This document shows positions 17,130-29,634 of a DNA stretch of 64,000 nucleotides, piece by piece. Position 1 is the stretch's first letter, and each line of letters begins with the position of its first letter. The stretch is from Eledone cirrhosa. Taxonomy: Eukaryota. The notes beneath the pieces were generated by a model that did no database searches, was not told the DNA's origin, and saw only the letters and a program-made list of their open reading frames with translations. The DNA lies in the NCBI GenBank assembly GCA_964016885.1, contig OZ024743.1, positions 25,296,001-25,360,000 on the forward strand. Reading direction: 5' to 3'. The position numbers and the translations under genes were made by a program.

Positions 17130-19713
17130 GTGAATATAGACATAGAATATTCGAAAATATTCTGTATGTTTATAATAAACATTTTGAAGACCTAATCGCT
17201 ATAGAATAGAATACGTCACGTATTACAATTAGATTCTCGATAAAAGCAAGGGAAGTAATCTACGCGTTTCATTCTTATTAGAAATCTTCAGGACTACATA
17301 TCCAGTGCTTTTATCGAGAATGACACAGCTAGAGACTTATAGAATACTTAGCTGTGTACATGAACTGGTTTGAAAGAGCGGTTGCCGGTCCGGCAGAAAT
17401 TAGAAATTGGAATAAATGCTCTGAAATAGCGATATATATGTGAATATAGACATAGAATATTCGAAAATATTCTGTATGTTTATAATAAACATTTTGAAGA
17501 CCTAATCGCTATAGAATAGAATACGTCACGTATTACAATTAGATTCTCGATAAAAGCAAGGGAAGTAATCTACGCGTTTCATTCTTATTAGAAATCTTCA
17601 GGACTACATATCCAGTGCTTTTATCGAGAATGACACAGCTAGAGACTTATAGAATACTTAGCTGTGTACATGAACTGGTTTGAAAGAGCGGTTGCCGGTC
17701 CGGCAGAAATTAGAAATTGGAATAAATGCTCTGAAATAGCGATATATATGTGAATATAGACATAGAATATTCGAAAATATTCTGTATGTTTATAATAAAC
17801 ATTTTGAAGACCTAATCGCTATAGAATAGAATACGTCACGTATTACAATTAGATTCTCGATAAAAGCAAGGGAAGTAATCTACGCGTTTCATTCTTATTA
17901 GAAATCTTCAGGACTACATATCCAGTGCTTTTATCGAGAATGACACAGCTAGAGACTTATAGAATACTTAGCTGTGTACATGAACTGGTTTGAAAGAGCG
18001 GTTGCCGGTCCGGCAGAAATTAGAAATTGGAATAAATGCTCTGAAATAGCGATATATATGTGAATATAGACATAGAATATTCGAAAATATTCTGTATGTT
18101 TATAATAAACATTTTGAAGACCTAATCGCTATAGAATAGAATACGTCACGTATTACAATTAGATTCTCGATAAAAGCAAGGGAAGTAATCTACGCGTTTC
18201 ATTCTTATTAGAAATCTTCAGGACTACATATCCAGTGCTTTTATCGAGAATGACACAGCTAGAGACTTATAGAATACTTAGCTGTGTACATGAACTGGTT
18301 TGAAAGAGCGGTTGCCGGTCCGGCAGAAATTAGAAATTGGAATAAATGCTCTGAAATAGCGATATATATGTGAATATAGACATAGAATATTCGAAAATAT
18401 TCTGTATGTTTATAATAAACATTTTGAAGACCTAATCGCTATAGAATAGAATACGTCACGTATTACAATTAGATTCTCGATAAAAGCAAGGGAAGTAATC
18501 TACGCGTTTCATTCTTATTAGAAATCTTCAGGACTACATATCCAGTGCTTTTATCGAGAATGACACAGCTAGAGACTTATAGAATACTTAGCTGTGTACA
18601 TGAACTGGTTTGAAAGAGCGGTTGCCGGTCCGGCAGAAATTAGAAATTGGAATAAATGCTCTGAAATAGCGATATATATGTGAATATAGACATAGAATAT
18701 TCGAAAATATTCTGTATGTTTATAATAAACATTTTGAAGACCTAATCGCTATAGAATAGAATACGTCACGTATTACAATTAGATTCTCGATAAAAGCAAG
18801 GGAAGTAATCTACGCGTTTCATTCTTATTAGAAATCTTCAGGACTACATATCCAGTGCTTTTATCGAGAATGACACAGCTAGAGACTTATAGAATACTTA
18901 GCTGTGTACATGAACTGGTTTGAAAGAGCGGTTGCCGGTCCGGCAGAAATTAGAAATTGGAATAAATGTTCTGAAATAGCGATATATATGTGAATATAGA
19001 CATAGAATATTCGAAAATATTCTGTATGTTTATAATAAACATTTTGAAGACCTAATCGCTATAGAATAGAATACGTCACGTATTACAATTAGATTCTCGA
19101 TAAAAGCAAGGGAAGTAATCTACGCGTTTCATTCTTATTAGAAATCTTCAGGACTACATATCCAGTGCTTTTATCGAGAATGACACAGCTAGAGACTTAT
19201 AGAATACTTAGCTGTGTACATGAACTGGTTTGAAAGAGCGGTTGCCGGTCCGGCAGAAATTAGAAATTGGAATAAATGCTCTGAAATAGCGATATATATG
19301 TGAATATAGACATAGAATATTCGAAAATATTCTGTATGTTTATAATAAACATTTTGAAGACCTAATCGCTATAGAATAGAATACGTCACGTATTACAATT
19401 AGATTCTCGATAAAAGCAAGGGAAGTAATCTACGCGTTTCATTCTTATTAGAAATCTTCAGGACTACATATCCAGTGCTTTTATCGAGAATGACACAGCT
19501 AGAGACTTATAGAATACTTAGCTGTGTACATGAACTGGTTTGAAAGAGCGGTTGCCGGTCCGGCAGAAATTAGAAATTGGAATAAATGCTCTGAAATAGC
19601 GATATATATGTGAATATAGACATAGAATATTCGAAAATATTCTGTATGTTTATAATAAACATTTTGAAGACCTAATCGCTATAGAATAGAATACGTCACG
19701 TATTACAATTAGA
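17122..19713 (-). mobile_element. 310-bp tandem retrozyme-like array, left block (~8.4 monomers, 8 hammerheads on the minus strand)
   Basis: TGAATATAGACATAG recurs at 17131, 17441, 17751 ... 19611 (period 310). Each unit contains the reverse complement of a hammerhead core (first at 17255-17297). Only one substitution was seen by eye (C>T at 18969). Confidence 0.9.
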
Positions 19714-21842
19714 AACCAGTTCATGTACACAGCTAAGTATTCTATAAGTCTCTAGCTGTGTCATTCTCGATAAAAGCACTGGATATGTAGTCCTGAAGAT
19801 TTCTAATAAGAATGAAACGCGTAGATTACTTCCCTTGCTTTTATCGAGAATCTAATTGTAATACGTGACGTATTCTATTCTATAGCGATTAGGTCTTCAA
19901 AATGTTTATTATAAACATACAGAATATTTTCGAATATTCTATGTCTATATTCACATATATATCGCTATTTCAGAGCATTTATTCCAATTTCTAATTTCTG
20001 CCGGACCGGCAACCGCTCTTTCAAACCAGTTCATGTACACAGCTAAGTATTCTATAAGTCTCTAGCTGTGTCATTCTCGATAAAAGCACTGGATATGTAG
20101 TCCTGAAGATTTCTAATAAGAATGAAACGCGTAGATTACTTCCCTTGCTTTTATCGAGAATCTAATTGTAATACGTGACGTATTCTATTCTATAGCGATT
20201 AGGTCTTCAAAATGTTTATTATAAACATACAGAATATTTTCGAATATTCTATGTCTATATTCACATATATATCGCTATTTCAGAGCATTTATTCCAATTT
20301 CTAATTTCTGCCGGACCGGCAACCGCTCTTTCAAACCAGTTCATGTACACAGCTAAGTATTCTATAAGTCTCTAGCTGTGTCATTCTCGATAAAAGCACT
20401 GGATATGTAGTCCTGAAGATTTCTAATAAGAATGAAACGCGTAGATTACTTCCCTTGCTTTTATCGAGAATCTAATTGTAATACGTGACGTATTCTATTC
20501 TATAGCGATTAGGTCTTCAAAATGTTTATTATAAACATACAGAATATTTTCGAATATTCTATGTCTATATTCACATATATATCGCTATTTCAGAGCATTT
20601 ATTCCAATTTCTAATTTCTGCCGGACCGGCAACCGCTCTTTCAAACCAGTTCATGTACACAGCTAAGTATTCTATAAGTCTCTAGCTGTGTCATTCTCGA
20701 TAAAAGCACTGGATATGTAGTCCTGAAGATTTCTAATAAGAATGAAACGCGTAGATTACTTCCCTTGCTTTTATCGAGAATCTAATTGTAATACGTGACG
20801 TATTCTATTCTATAGCGATTAGGTCTTCAAAATGTTTATTATAAACATACAGAATATTTTCGAATATTCTATGTCTATATTCACATATATATCGCTATTT
20901 CAGAGCATTTATTCCAATTTCTAATTTCTGCCGGACCGGCAACCGCTCTTTCAAACCAGTTCATGTACACAGCTAAGTATTCTATAAGTCTCTAGCTGTG
21001 TCATTCTCGATAAAAGCACTGGATATGTAGTCCTGAAGATTTCTAATAAGAATGAAACGCGTAGATTACTTCCCTTGCTTTTATCGAGAATCTAATTGTA
21101 ATACGTGACGTATTCTATTCTATAGCGATTAGGTCTTCAAAATGTTTATTATAAACATACAGAATATTTTCGAATATTCTATGTCTATATTCACATATAT
21201 ATCGCTATTTCAGAGCATTTATTCCAATTTCTAATTTCTGCCGGACCGGCAACCGCTCTTTCAAACCAGTTCATGTACACAGCTAAGTATTCTATAAGTC
21301 TCTAGCTGTGTCATTCTCGATAAAAGCACTGGATATGTAGTCCTGAAGATTTCTAATAAGAATGAAACGCGTAGATTACTTCCCTTGCTTTTATCGAGAA
21401 TCTAATTGTAATACGTGACGTATTCTATTCTATAGCGATTAGGTCTTCAAAATGTTTATTATAAACATACAGAATATTTTCGAATATTCTATGTCTATAT
21501 TCACATATATATCGCTATTTCAGAGCATTTATTCCAATTTCTAATTTCTGCCGGACCGGCAACCGCTCTTTCAAACCAGTTCATGTACACAGCTAAGTAT
21601 TCTATAAGTCTCTAGCTGTGTCATTCTCGATAAAAGCACTGGATATGTAGTCCTGAAGATTTCTAATAAGAATGAAACGCGTAGATTACTTCCCTTGCTT
21701 TTATCGAGAATCTAATTGTAATACGTGACGTATTCTATTCTATAGCGATTAGGTCTTCAAAATGTTTATTATAAACATACAGAATATTTTCGAATATTCT
21801 ATGTCTATATTCACATATATATCGCTATTTCAGAGCATTTAT

Positions 21843-21848
<6 letters not shown>
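19713..21848 (+). mobile_element. 310-bp tandem retrozyme-like array, right block (~6.9 monomers, 7 hammerheads on the plus strand), inverted relative to the left block
   Basis: TCATGTACAC recurs at 19721, 20031 ... 21581. The sequence is the reverse complement of the left-block unit. The switch is at ...CAATTAG-A-AACCAGT (19713). Confidence 0.9.
19787..19829 (+). ncRNA. Minimal type I hammerhead ribozyme (representative; + copies every 310 bp to 21647, - copies at 17255+310n to 19425)
   Basis: GTAGTC (stem I) - CTGAAGA - T TTCT AATA AGAA T (stem II) - GAAA - CGCG - TA - GATTAC (stem I'). Stem III is the palindrome ACGCGT. Predicted cleavage after GUA at 19823. Stem I is extended by a perfect 16-bp helix, 19763-19778 with 19836-19851. 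Confidence 0.85.
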
Positions 21849-21883
<35 letters not shown>

Positions 21884-21973
21884 TATATATATATATATAT
21901 ATAAACATATATATATATAAACATATATATATATATATATATATAAACATATATATATATATATATATATATA

Positions 21974-22034
<61 letters not shown>

Positions 22035-22127
22035 ATATATATATATATATATATATAAACATATATATATATATATATAAACATATATATATATATATAT
22101 ATAAACATATATATATATATATATATA

Positions 22128-22184
<57 letters not shown>

Positions 22185-22388
22185 ATATATATATAAATTA
22201 TGTTTTATGTTTATATGTAAGCATACACCTATTTATGTGTGCAGTTATATATATATATATATAACTACATACAGAAGTAGATGTATGCTTACATATAAGC
22301 TTAATATATATACTTACGTATATACATGCATACTTAAAACCATGTATAAATACACAAACACCTTCACACACACAAACACACACACACC

Positions 22389-22436
<48 letters not shown>

Positions 22437-22900
22437 ACAACAACAACGACAACTACATAGACAATAGTAATAACAACAATAAAAAACAACAACATTGGTG
22501 TAAAATTGATTTAATAAATAAACATTTTATGAAAAACAAGTTACTCAGGTTTGCTTACGTTTTATATTGCAGCAGTGTGTATTTGCACAAATAAATACAC
22601 TTTAAAGAAAGTTGAAAAATCACTGGCAAATAAAACGGCGAGCATTCGGCCATGATGGAAATATAAACGATGTTAAAAGAGCGTTTCTCGTCATTTGAAT
22701 CGCTATTGGCGAATAACAAGAAAAGCGGAAACTGACTAAAAATCTTTATTAACAACAACATTAACATTTAGCACGGAAAAATAGCTGATCAAAAAACAAA
22801 ACAGATCTGATATAGCCAATATAGTATTCCTTTTATTTAATTTTATATTTCTGTTTGTATTTGTATGAATTGAAGCACCATAATAGCGACGATGGTAAGA

Positions 22901-22933
<33 letters not shown>

Positions 22934-23092
22934 TTAATGGTTGCTGTTATTTTCATCATAATCATCATCGTTATTGCTCCTATATATTATTTACATTAAC
23001 AACCATACCGATGGTTCTAATGGTACATATCTCTGACGCATTCATGTGTGAACATGTACACACACACAAACACAAACACACACATACACTCA

Positions 23093-23127
<35 letters not shown>

Positions 23128-23239
23128 CAGAAGATATATAATGCTAACTATTATGCTTACTTTACATTTAATGTCGTGCTGGTAAATGTGAAACTTTAAG
23201 TTTTATATACATACATATACATACATATACATACATTAT

Positions 23240-23279
<40 letters not shown>

Positions 23280-23990
23280 TACGTTATATATTTTATTACA
23301 TTATATAATATATACAGAAAAATAGATAACTACATGCATTCATAGATAGATACACAGGTACATATATATAGTATTACATATTACATATCAACATTAATTA
23401 GTCCATTAATTTTAGATATATAAATTAATTGGCACAAAGTTATGCAAACATCAGATCCACACACACAAACAGACATGTATATATAAATCCATATATTTCA
23501 ATGATATATATGGCTTCATCTTCCTTACCACGGCACCCGTATATAACTCTTTACCTTTCTCACTTCTCTCTCATACATACACGCACATGCTAAACACACC
23601 TGAATACATTCATCTATATATCTACACACACTCCCCCTAAAGTAGAGATAACATTTTGGCCGTTTTGAACTGCTGCTATTTCTAGTGGCAGGATATTGAC
23701 CTGTCCACCCTGCCTTTTGTCTTTGCACACGACACCAGACAGAATTATTTCTTTCATCATCCGCTCTCATTTGGGAATTGTTTTGTATGGCGTCAGTTTG
23801 TGATTTGAACTCGGGAATTTTATATTCTCCGAGGGAGAAGAGCCTTCTGAAGATTGCTCCCTTCTCAATGAAATTCCGCTTGGATTTTCCGTTTATTCTG
23901 GAGCATGAAACTGCGGTAAAGGCACATATAGTAAGTACAGCGAATTTTTTAAAATTTATTTGAAAACGTTTTTTCTATTTGCTAGACCTC

Positions 23991-24051
<61 letters not shown>

Positions 24052-24056
24052 TAAAC

Positions 24057-24059
<3 letters not shown>

Positions 24060-24090
<31 letters not shown>

Positions 24091-24193
24091 TTGTGTGTGT
24101 ATGTGTGTGTGTATGTGTGTGTGCGCGTGTGAATGTGTATGTGAGTGAGTGAAGAGAGGGAGATAGAAAGATAGCTGTATATTAATACACACC

Positions 24194-24234
<41 letters not shown>

Positions 24235-24335
24235 GTGTGGGTGTGTGGGTGTGTATTAATATACATCTATCTTTCTATCTCCCTCTCTTCACTCACTCAC
24301 ATACACATTCACACGCGCACACACACATACACACA

Positions 24336-24374
<39 letters not shown>
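24060..24374. repeat. Fold-back palindrome of low-complexity host sequence centred on (AT)n
   Basis: GTGAGTGAGTGAAGAGAGGGAGATAGAAAGATAG..ATTAATACACACCC is mirrored as GGGTGTGTATTAAT..CTATCTTTCTATCTCCCTCTCTTCACTCACTCAC. Confidence 0.85.
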
Positions 24375-24375
<1 letters not shown>

Positions 24376-24379
24376 AACA

Positions 24380-24864
<485 letters not shown>

Positions 24865-25819
24865 AGGAATTCCAACTTTGTCTGATTTACTCGTTTTATT
24901 TACAATCCTTTAAAATATATATAATGGTATTATAATGAAATAGTATGATAGAATATTAAATTCTAAGTGTTAATTGAACAAGTACTTTCATGCTTTCGCA
25001 ATCTTCAGGTTCATGATATGTGGTGACAGTCGAGTTTGCAATTTTCAACTGTAATGAGATGGGTAAATTTCCTACCTTTTATACATTTTATACAGAGAAA
25101 AGTGGCTCCAGAATGCAAAGCCCTGTAAACTGTATTTCGACCAATCAGTGTGTAGTTTCACTGAATTACTATAGCTGATTGGTTTAAGCGTCACGGCTGG
25201 TTGAGCATGCTAACGACCAATAGTCATATCCAACGTATCAATTGTTTTGCTTTTTGAAATGATGAAAATAGCATTTTCTATTAATCATCACCATCACCAT
25301 CACTTTTATTATTATTATTATTATTGTTGTTGTTGTTGTTGTTAGTGGTCGTGGTCATAGTGGTAGTAGAAGTAATACCCCTAGGCGTTATTATTGTTCA
25401 TTTAGCTTGGGTTTGAATTTATCAATAAAATTCTTTTCTTTGATTTTTCTCTTGATTTCACTTGAGCTGTGTAATTTGTAGAATGGGAATATTATATCCG
25501 TCAGATACCCCTAAGCGGCCACCTGGCAACATGTGGTCATGGAATATTTATAATATTCCCATTCTACAAATTACACAGCCCAAGTGAAATCAAGAGAAAA
25601 ATCAAAGAAAAGAATTTTATTGATAAATTCAAACCCAAGCTAAATGAACAATAATAACGCCTAGGGGTATTACTTCTACTACCACTATGACCACGACCAC
25701 TAACAACAACAACAACAACAATAATAATAATAATAATAAAAGTGATGTTGATGGTGATGATTAATAGAAAATGCTATTTTCATCATTTCAAAAAGCAAAA
25801 CAATTGATACGTTGGATAT

Positions 25820-25970
25820 GACTATTGGTCGTTAGCATGCTCAACCAGCCGTGACGCTTAAACCAATCAGCTGTAGTAATTCAGTGAAACTACACACTGA
25901 TTGGTCGAAATACAGTTTACAGGGCTTTGCATTCTGGAGCCACTTTTCTCTGTATAAAATGTATAAAAGG
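25820..25970 (+). promoter_or_regulatory. Putative Pol II promoter of the pLTR (CCAAT/ATTGG boxes, TGACG, TATA box), mirrored in the left arm
   Basis: ATTGG ~25824, TGACG ~25852, CCAATCAG ~25863, CTGATTGG ~25897, and TATAAAA twice (~25953, ~25962), about 70 nt upstream of the hammerhead. Confidence 0.45.
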
Positions 25971-26031
25971 TAGGAAATTTACCCATCTCATTACAGTTGA
26001 AAATTGCAAACTCGACTGTCACCACATATCA

Positions 26032-26070
26032 TGAACCTGAAGATTGCGAAAGCATGAAAGTACTTGTTCA
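26032..26070 (+). ncRNA. Minimal type I hammerhead ribozyme (mirror copy at 24975-25013, minus strand)
   Basis: TGAAC - CTGAAGA - T TGC GAAA GCA T - GAAA - GTAC TT - GTTCA. Stem I TGAAC/GTTCA, palindromic stem III AGTACT, predicted cleavage after CUU (26065). Confidence 0.75.
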
Positions 26071-26280
26071 ATTAACACTTAGAATATAATATTCTATCAT
26101 ACTATTTCATTATAATACCATTATATATATTTTAAAGGATTGTAAATAAAACGAGTAAATCAGACAAAGTTGGAATTCCTCTTATTAATATAATCTTCTA
26201 TACACAATCATACACACCCGTGTATATTTACCTATCTATATCTATATCTATATATATATATATACACATATATATATAAA

Positions 26281-26637
26281 GTACAGAACAATCAAAACTA
26301 TGTTTAATACATTTTATTGCTGAAAATCGTTTCTTCCAAACAGTCGTTTGGAATCATCGGAGCATTGGCAAAGCTTAAACATATAATTAAATTCTCTTAT
26401 AATTCTTTTATAATCTTATTATACTCATTGCTACTGACCACAACATCTTCACTCTTTTTGAATATGACACTATTGATAACAACAATAATATCAACATATT
26501 TTATGATTGTTCTGTTTGAATAGGAATTTAATTATATGATTAAGCTTTACCAATGCTCCGATGATTCCAGACGGCTGTTTGCAAGAAACGATTGTCAGCA
26601 ATAAAATGTATTAAACATAGTTTTGATTGTTCTGTAC
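26281..26637. mobile_element. Inverted pair (~114-bp arms) of hammerhead-bearing pLTR fragments
   Basis: 26281-26394 is the reverse complement of 26524-26637. Plus copy 26552-26602 reads AATGCT CCGATGA TTCCAGAC GGCT GTTTGCAA GAAAC GATT GTC AGCAAT (variant core CCGAUGA, GUC cleavage triplet). Confidence 0.7.
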
Positions 26638-26756
26638 GTTATACTCCTGCTCTCTAAGACATCTGATGTATTTACATTGAGCTATTTTTCATACTGGTAA
26701 TAAGGTGGTAAAAAAAAAAAAATATTGACCTTTCCTGTTTATAATTATGTATAGTT

Positions 26757-26814
<58 letters not shown>

Positions 26815-26818
26815 TATT

Positions 26819-26850
<32 letters not shown>

Positions 26851-26854
26851 ATAT

Positions 26855-27060
26855 CTTTATTTCATACAGAAAGTATTTTTATATGACATGAAATGTTTCA
26901 TAAGTAAAAGATCATCAGAAAATTACTGACAATTTCAAACGAATGAAACCGCTTTAGACGTGTAGAAGTTATTTCTTTATAAAATAAAGAATCCTATACT
27001 CTAACAACGTATTGAGTACCTTTTGTAAGTTTGGTCACTTCCCGACATCCACCGGGAGTC
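26855..27060. mobile_element. Degenerate fold-back pLTR fragment, same family as 6491
   Basis: GTTTC...TCATCAG (26895-26918) followed by CTGACAA TTTC AAAC GAAT GAAAC (26926-26949) and GTATTGAGTACC at 27009. Confidence 0.55.
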
Positions 27061-27248
27061 CACCCATAATTTTGTATAATATACATATGTATATATGCTC
27101 GTTCAGACAGTTATATATACATCTCCCTGATATGGGGTATTAGATTTGTTGTTTATGCTTTAATATTTCAGTTTCAATATCTCCAGGAAATTCATACCTA
27201 TTTATAATCATTCATTAAACAATTTCAATGAATTACACACACACACAC

Positions 27249-27301
<53 letters not shown>

Positions 27302-27731
27302 CACATGCACACACACATACACATACACTCACACACACACACACATACACACACACATACACACACACACACGCACACACACACACACTCACACACAACA
27401 CTCTCTCACACACACACACACACACACGCACGCACACATACACACACACACATACATATATATATAAGGAAAAGAAATCGAAAATGCAACTGGAGTCTTT
27501 TAGACTCCAGTTGCATTTATTTATTTCCTTTATTTATTTATTTATTTCCTTTACTGATTTCACAATTCTTATGCTTTTCAAAAGTAGAATTGAGATGGAG
27601 GGTTTGTAGTTTTTCTCGCATCCAGATATTCTTAAAAAGACTCCAGTTCAATTTTCGATTTCCTTTCCTTATATTTTCACCCGTGTAGGACATCTGGTTT
27701 TTTGCATTAAAAAAAAAACACCTCAATTTCT

Positions 27732-27764
<33 letters not shown>

Positions 27765-29308
27765 GGTAACTTGTACCATATGGATAAATAGAATTTGTAA
27801 CTAACCTTACATAGATCAATAACGGAGTATAGCTACAATGTATTATCATCATCTAGAAACGATCGTAAAGCAGTGAAGAATATCTCTAATGACTTGATTT
27901 TTTATTTCATTGTTTTAACTTATATATATATATATATATATATAGCTCTACGGTTCTTATATATTTGATATATATTTATCCTTATCGAGCCCTCTTTGGA
28001 TTTTAGTCTTCAAATTTATTATTATTACTATATATATATATATACATATATATATGCGTTACTTACAGAGTAATTTTAAAATTTGAATAATTTGAATAAA
28101 GTAACCCTGGAGTCGAAAAATTGAACAAAGATCCATGGGGTAATCAAACCACGCATCTCTCTTATGCTGGACGAGCGCATTTTCAAATTCGGGAGGACAA
28201 CGAGCTAAATCGTTTCCATCGTTTTGATAGGTTTTCAGCGTTGATGATGGTAATGTTAGCAATGTAGTGGCGAGTCGAGGGTGAAGGAGATACTATGGGT
28301 GATGATGATGATACTAGTGATGATAATAATTGTTTTAATGCTGCTGCTGATGATGATGCTGGGGGTGTAAGTGATGTTGCTGATGATTTTCAAGACATAA
28401 CAAGTGTAAAATTTCAGGAAATCAAAGATCCTAAATTTCTACAATAGAAATATACTTTCGGAATATTCCAGCGGAAATCGTTAATCTTAAAAACCCTGAA
28501 CATCCGACAGCCAGATAAAGTTTCTCCATTCTCAGTATGAAGTCATTGTAATTGAGGCGGAGAAGACAATGTCGTTGTTGTTGGTGGTGCTGCTGATGGT
28601 GGTGGTGTTTTGGGAATTTATTCTCTGTTTGAGGTGATGTCAATTGCTCAATTTTTCATCACATCGTCTCTGAAATTATTACATTCGCATCCCACATTTT
28701 ATTTCATCCACAAACGTTTTCTTCTATCGAGTATATCATCTCCCCCACCATCATGTTATCTAAACCTATATTTTCAAGATGCAAAGATGTATATTATGTT
28801 TGTTACTTTTTATTGTTGTTGTTGATATAGTGGTATAGTGGTAATAGTAGCTTAGTCTTAGGTTTTTAGCGCGTATCAACCGTCTCATTTTTTTTCTTCG
28901 AGCCAATGTGTACCTGTGTATCCAGCGTTCAATGATTCCTTTCTCTGATTATAATATAATGTGAGGTTAAGCGATGTTTGGCTGCTATTTCTAGCAGATC
29001 AAATAGATATATATCGACCTATTTCTTACTTCCTTTATCTTCACAAGTAGAACACCTGGTAATTCCACGGTTTCCTTATGATGATACACACGCACATATA
29101 TATATATATATTATATATATATACACATAAATAATATATACAACACTTAATATCAGATATATTAGACAACAAAATAAATCGAATGAATTTAATAAACGAC
29201 TGAAACTATTAAAATGGAATATTTTTTCTTGTATTAATATAATTTGAGGATAAACAATGTTTTGTAATTGAAATTTAGCTCTCTATCTCCATCCCTCACT
29301 CGCACACG

Positions 29309-29409
<101 letters not shown>

Positions 29410-29603
29410 ATATTCTTACCAACTGCTTTCCATACCTGTTACATGGTGGGATTTCAACGCTGCTGAGTCTACCTTCACCATTGCCACCGCTCGCTTTCTG
29501 TGTCTTTTGCAGACACACATTTACCATACCCTTTACACAGGAGGATCGACGTCTCAAAAAGTGATACCTCATTTAGTTCTCTTTGTCGTCCCCCTCTCTT
29601 TCT

Positions 29604-29634
<31 letters not shown>

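Larger units (their letters stand above)
24861..26184. mobile_element. 1.32-kb palindrome: two 636-bp inverted copies of a Penelope-like pLTR with a 52-bp spacer
   Basis: Arms 24861-25496 and 25549-26184 are reverse complements with about 4 mismatches seen. Each carries a hammerhead pointing outward. The left end abuts (TA)n. Confidence 0.85.

Noticed and set aside
17122-21848. Array as a long-read fold-back artefact, or as a 5S/tRNA/snRNA gene cluster
   Set aside because: The asymmetric junction and directly oriented flanks argue against fold-back, though read-level confirmation is still needed. No 5S, tRNA or Sm-site features were seen in the unit.
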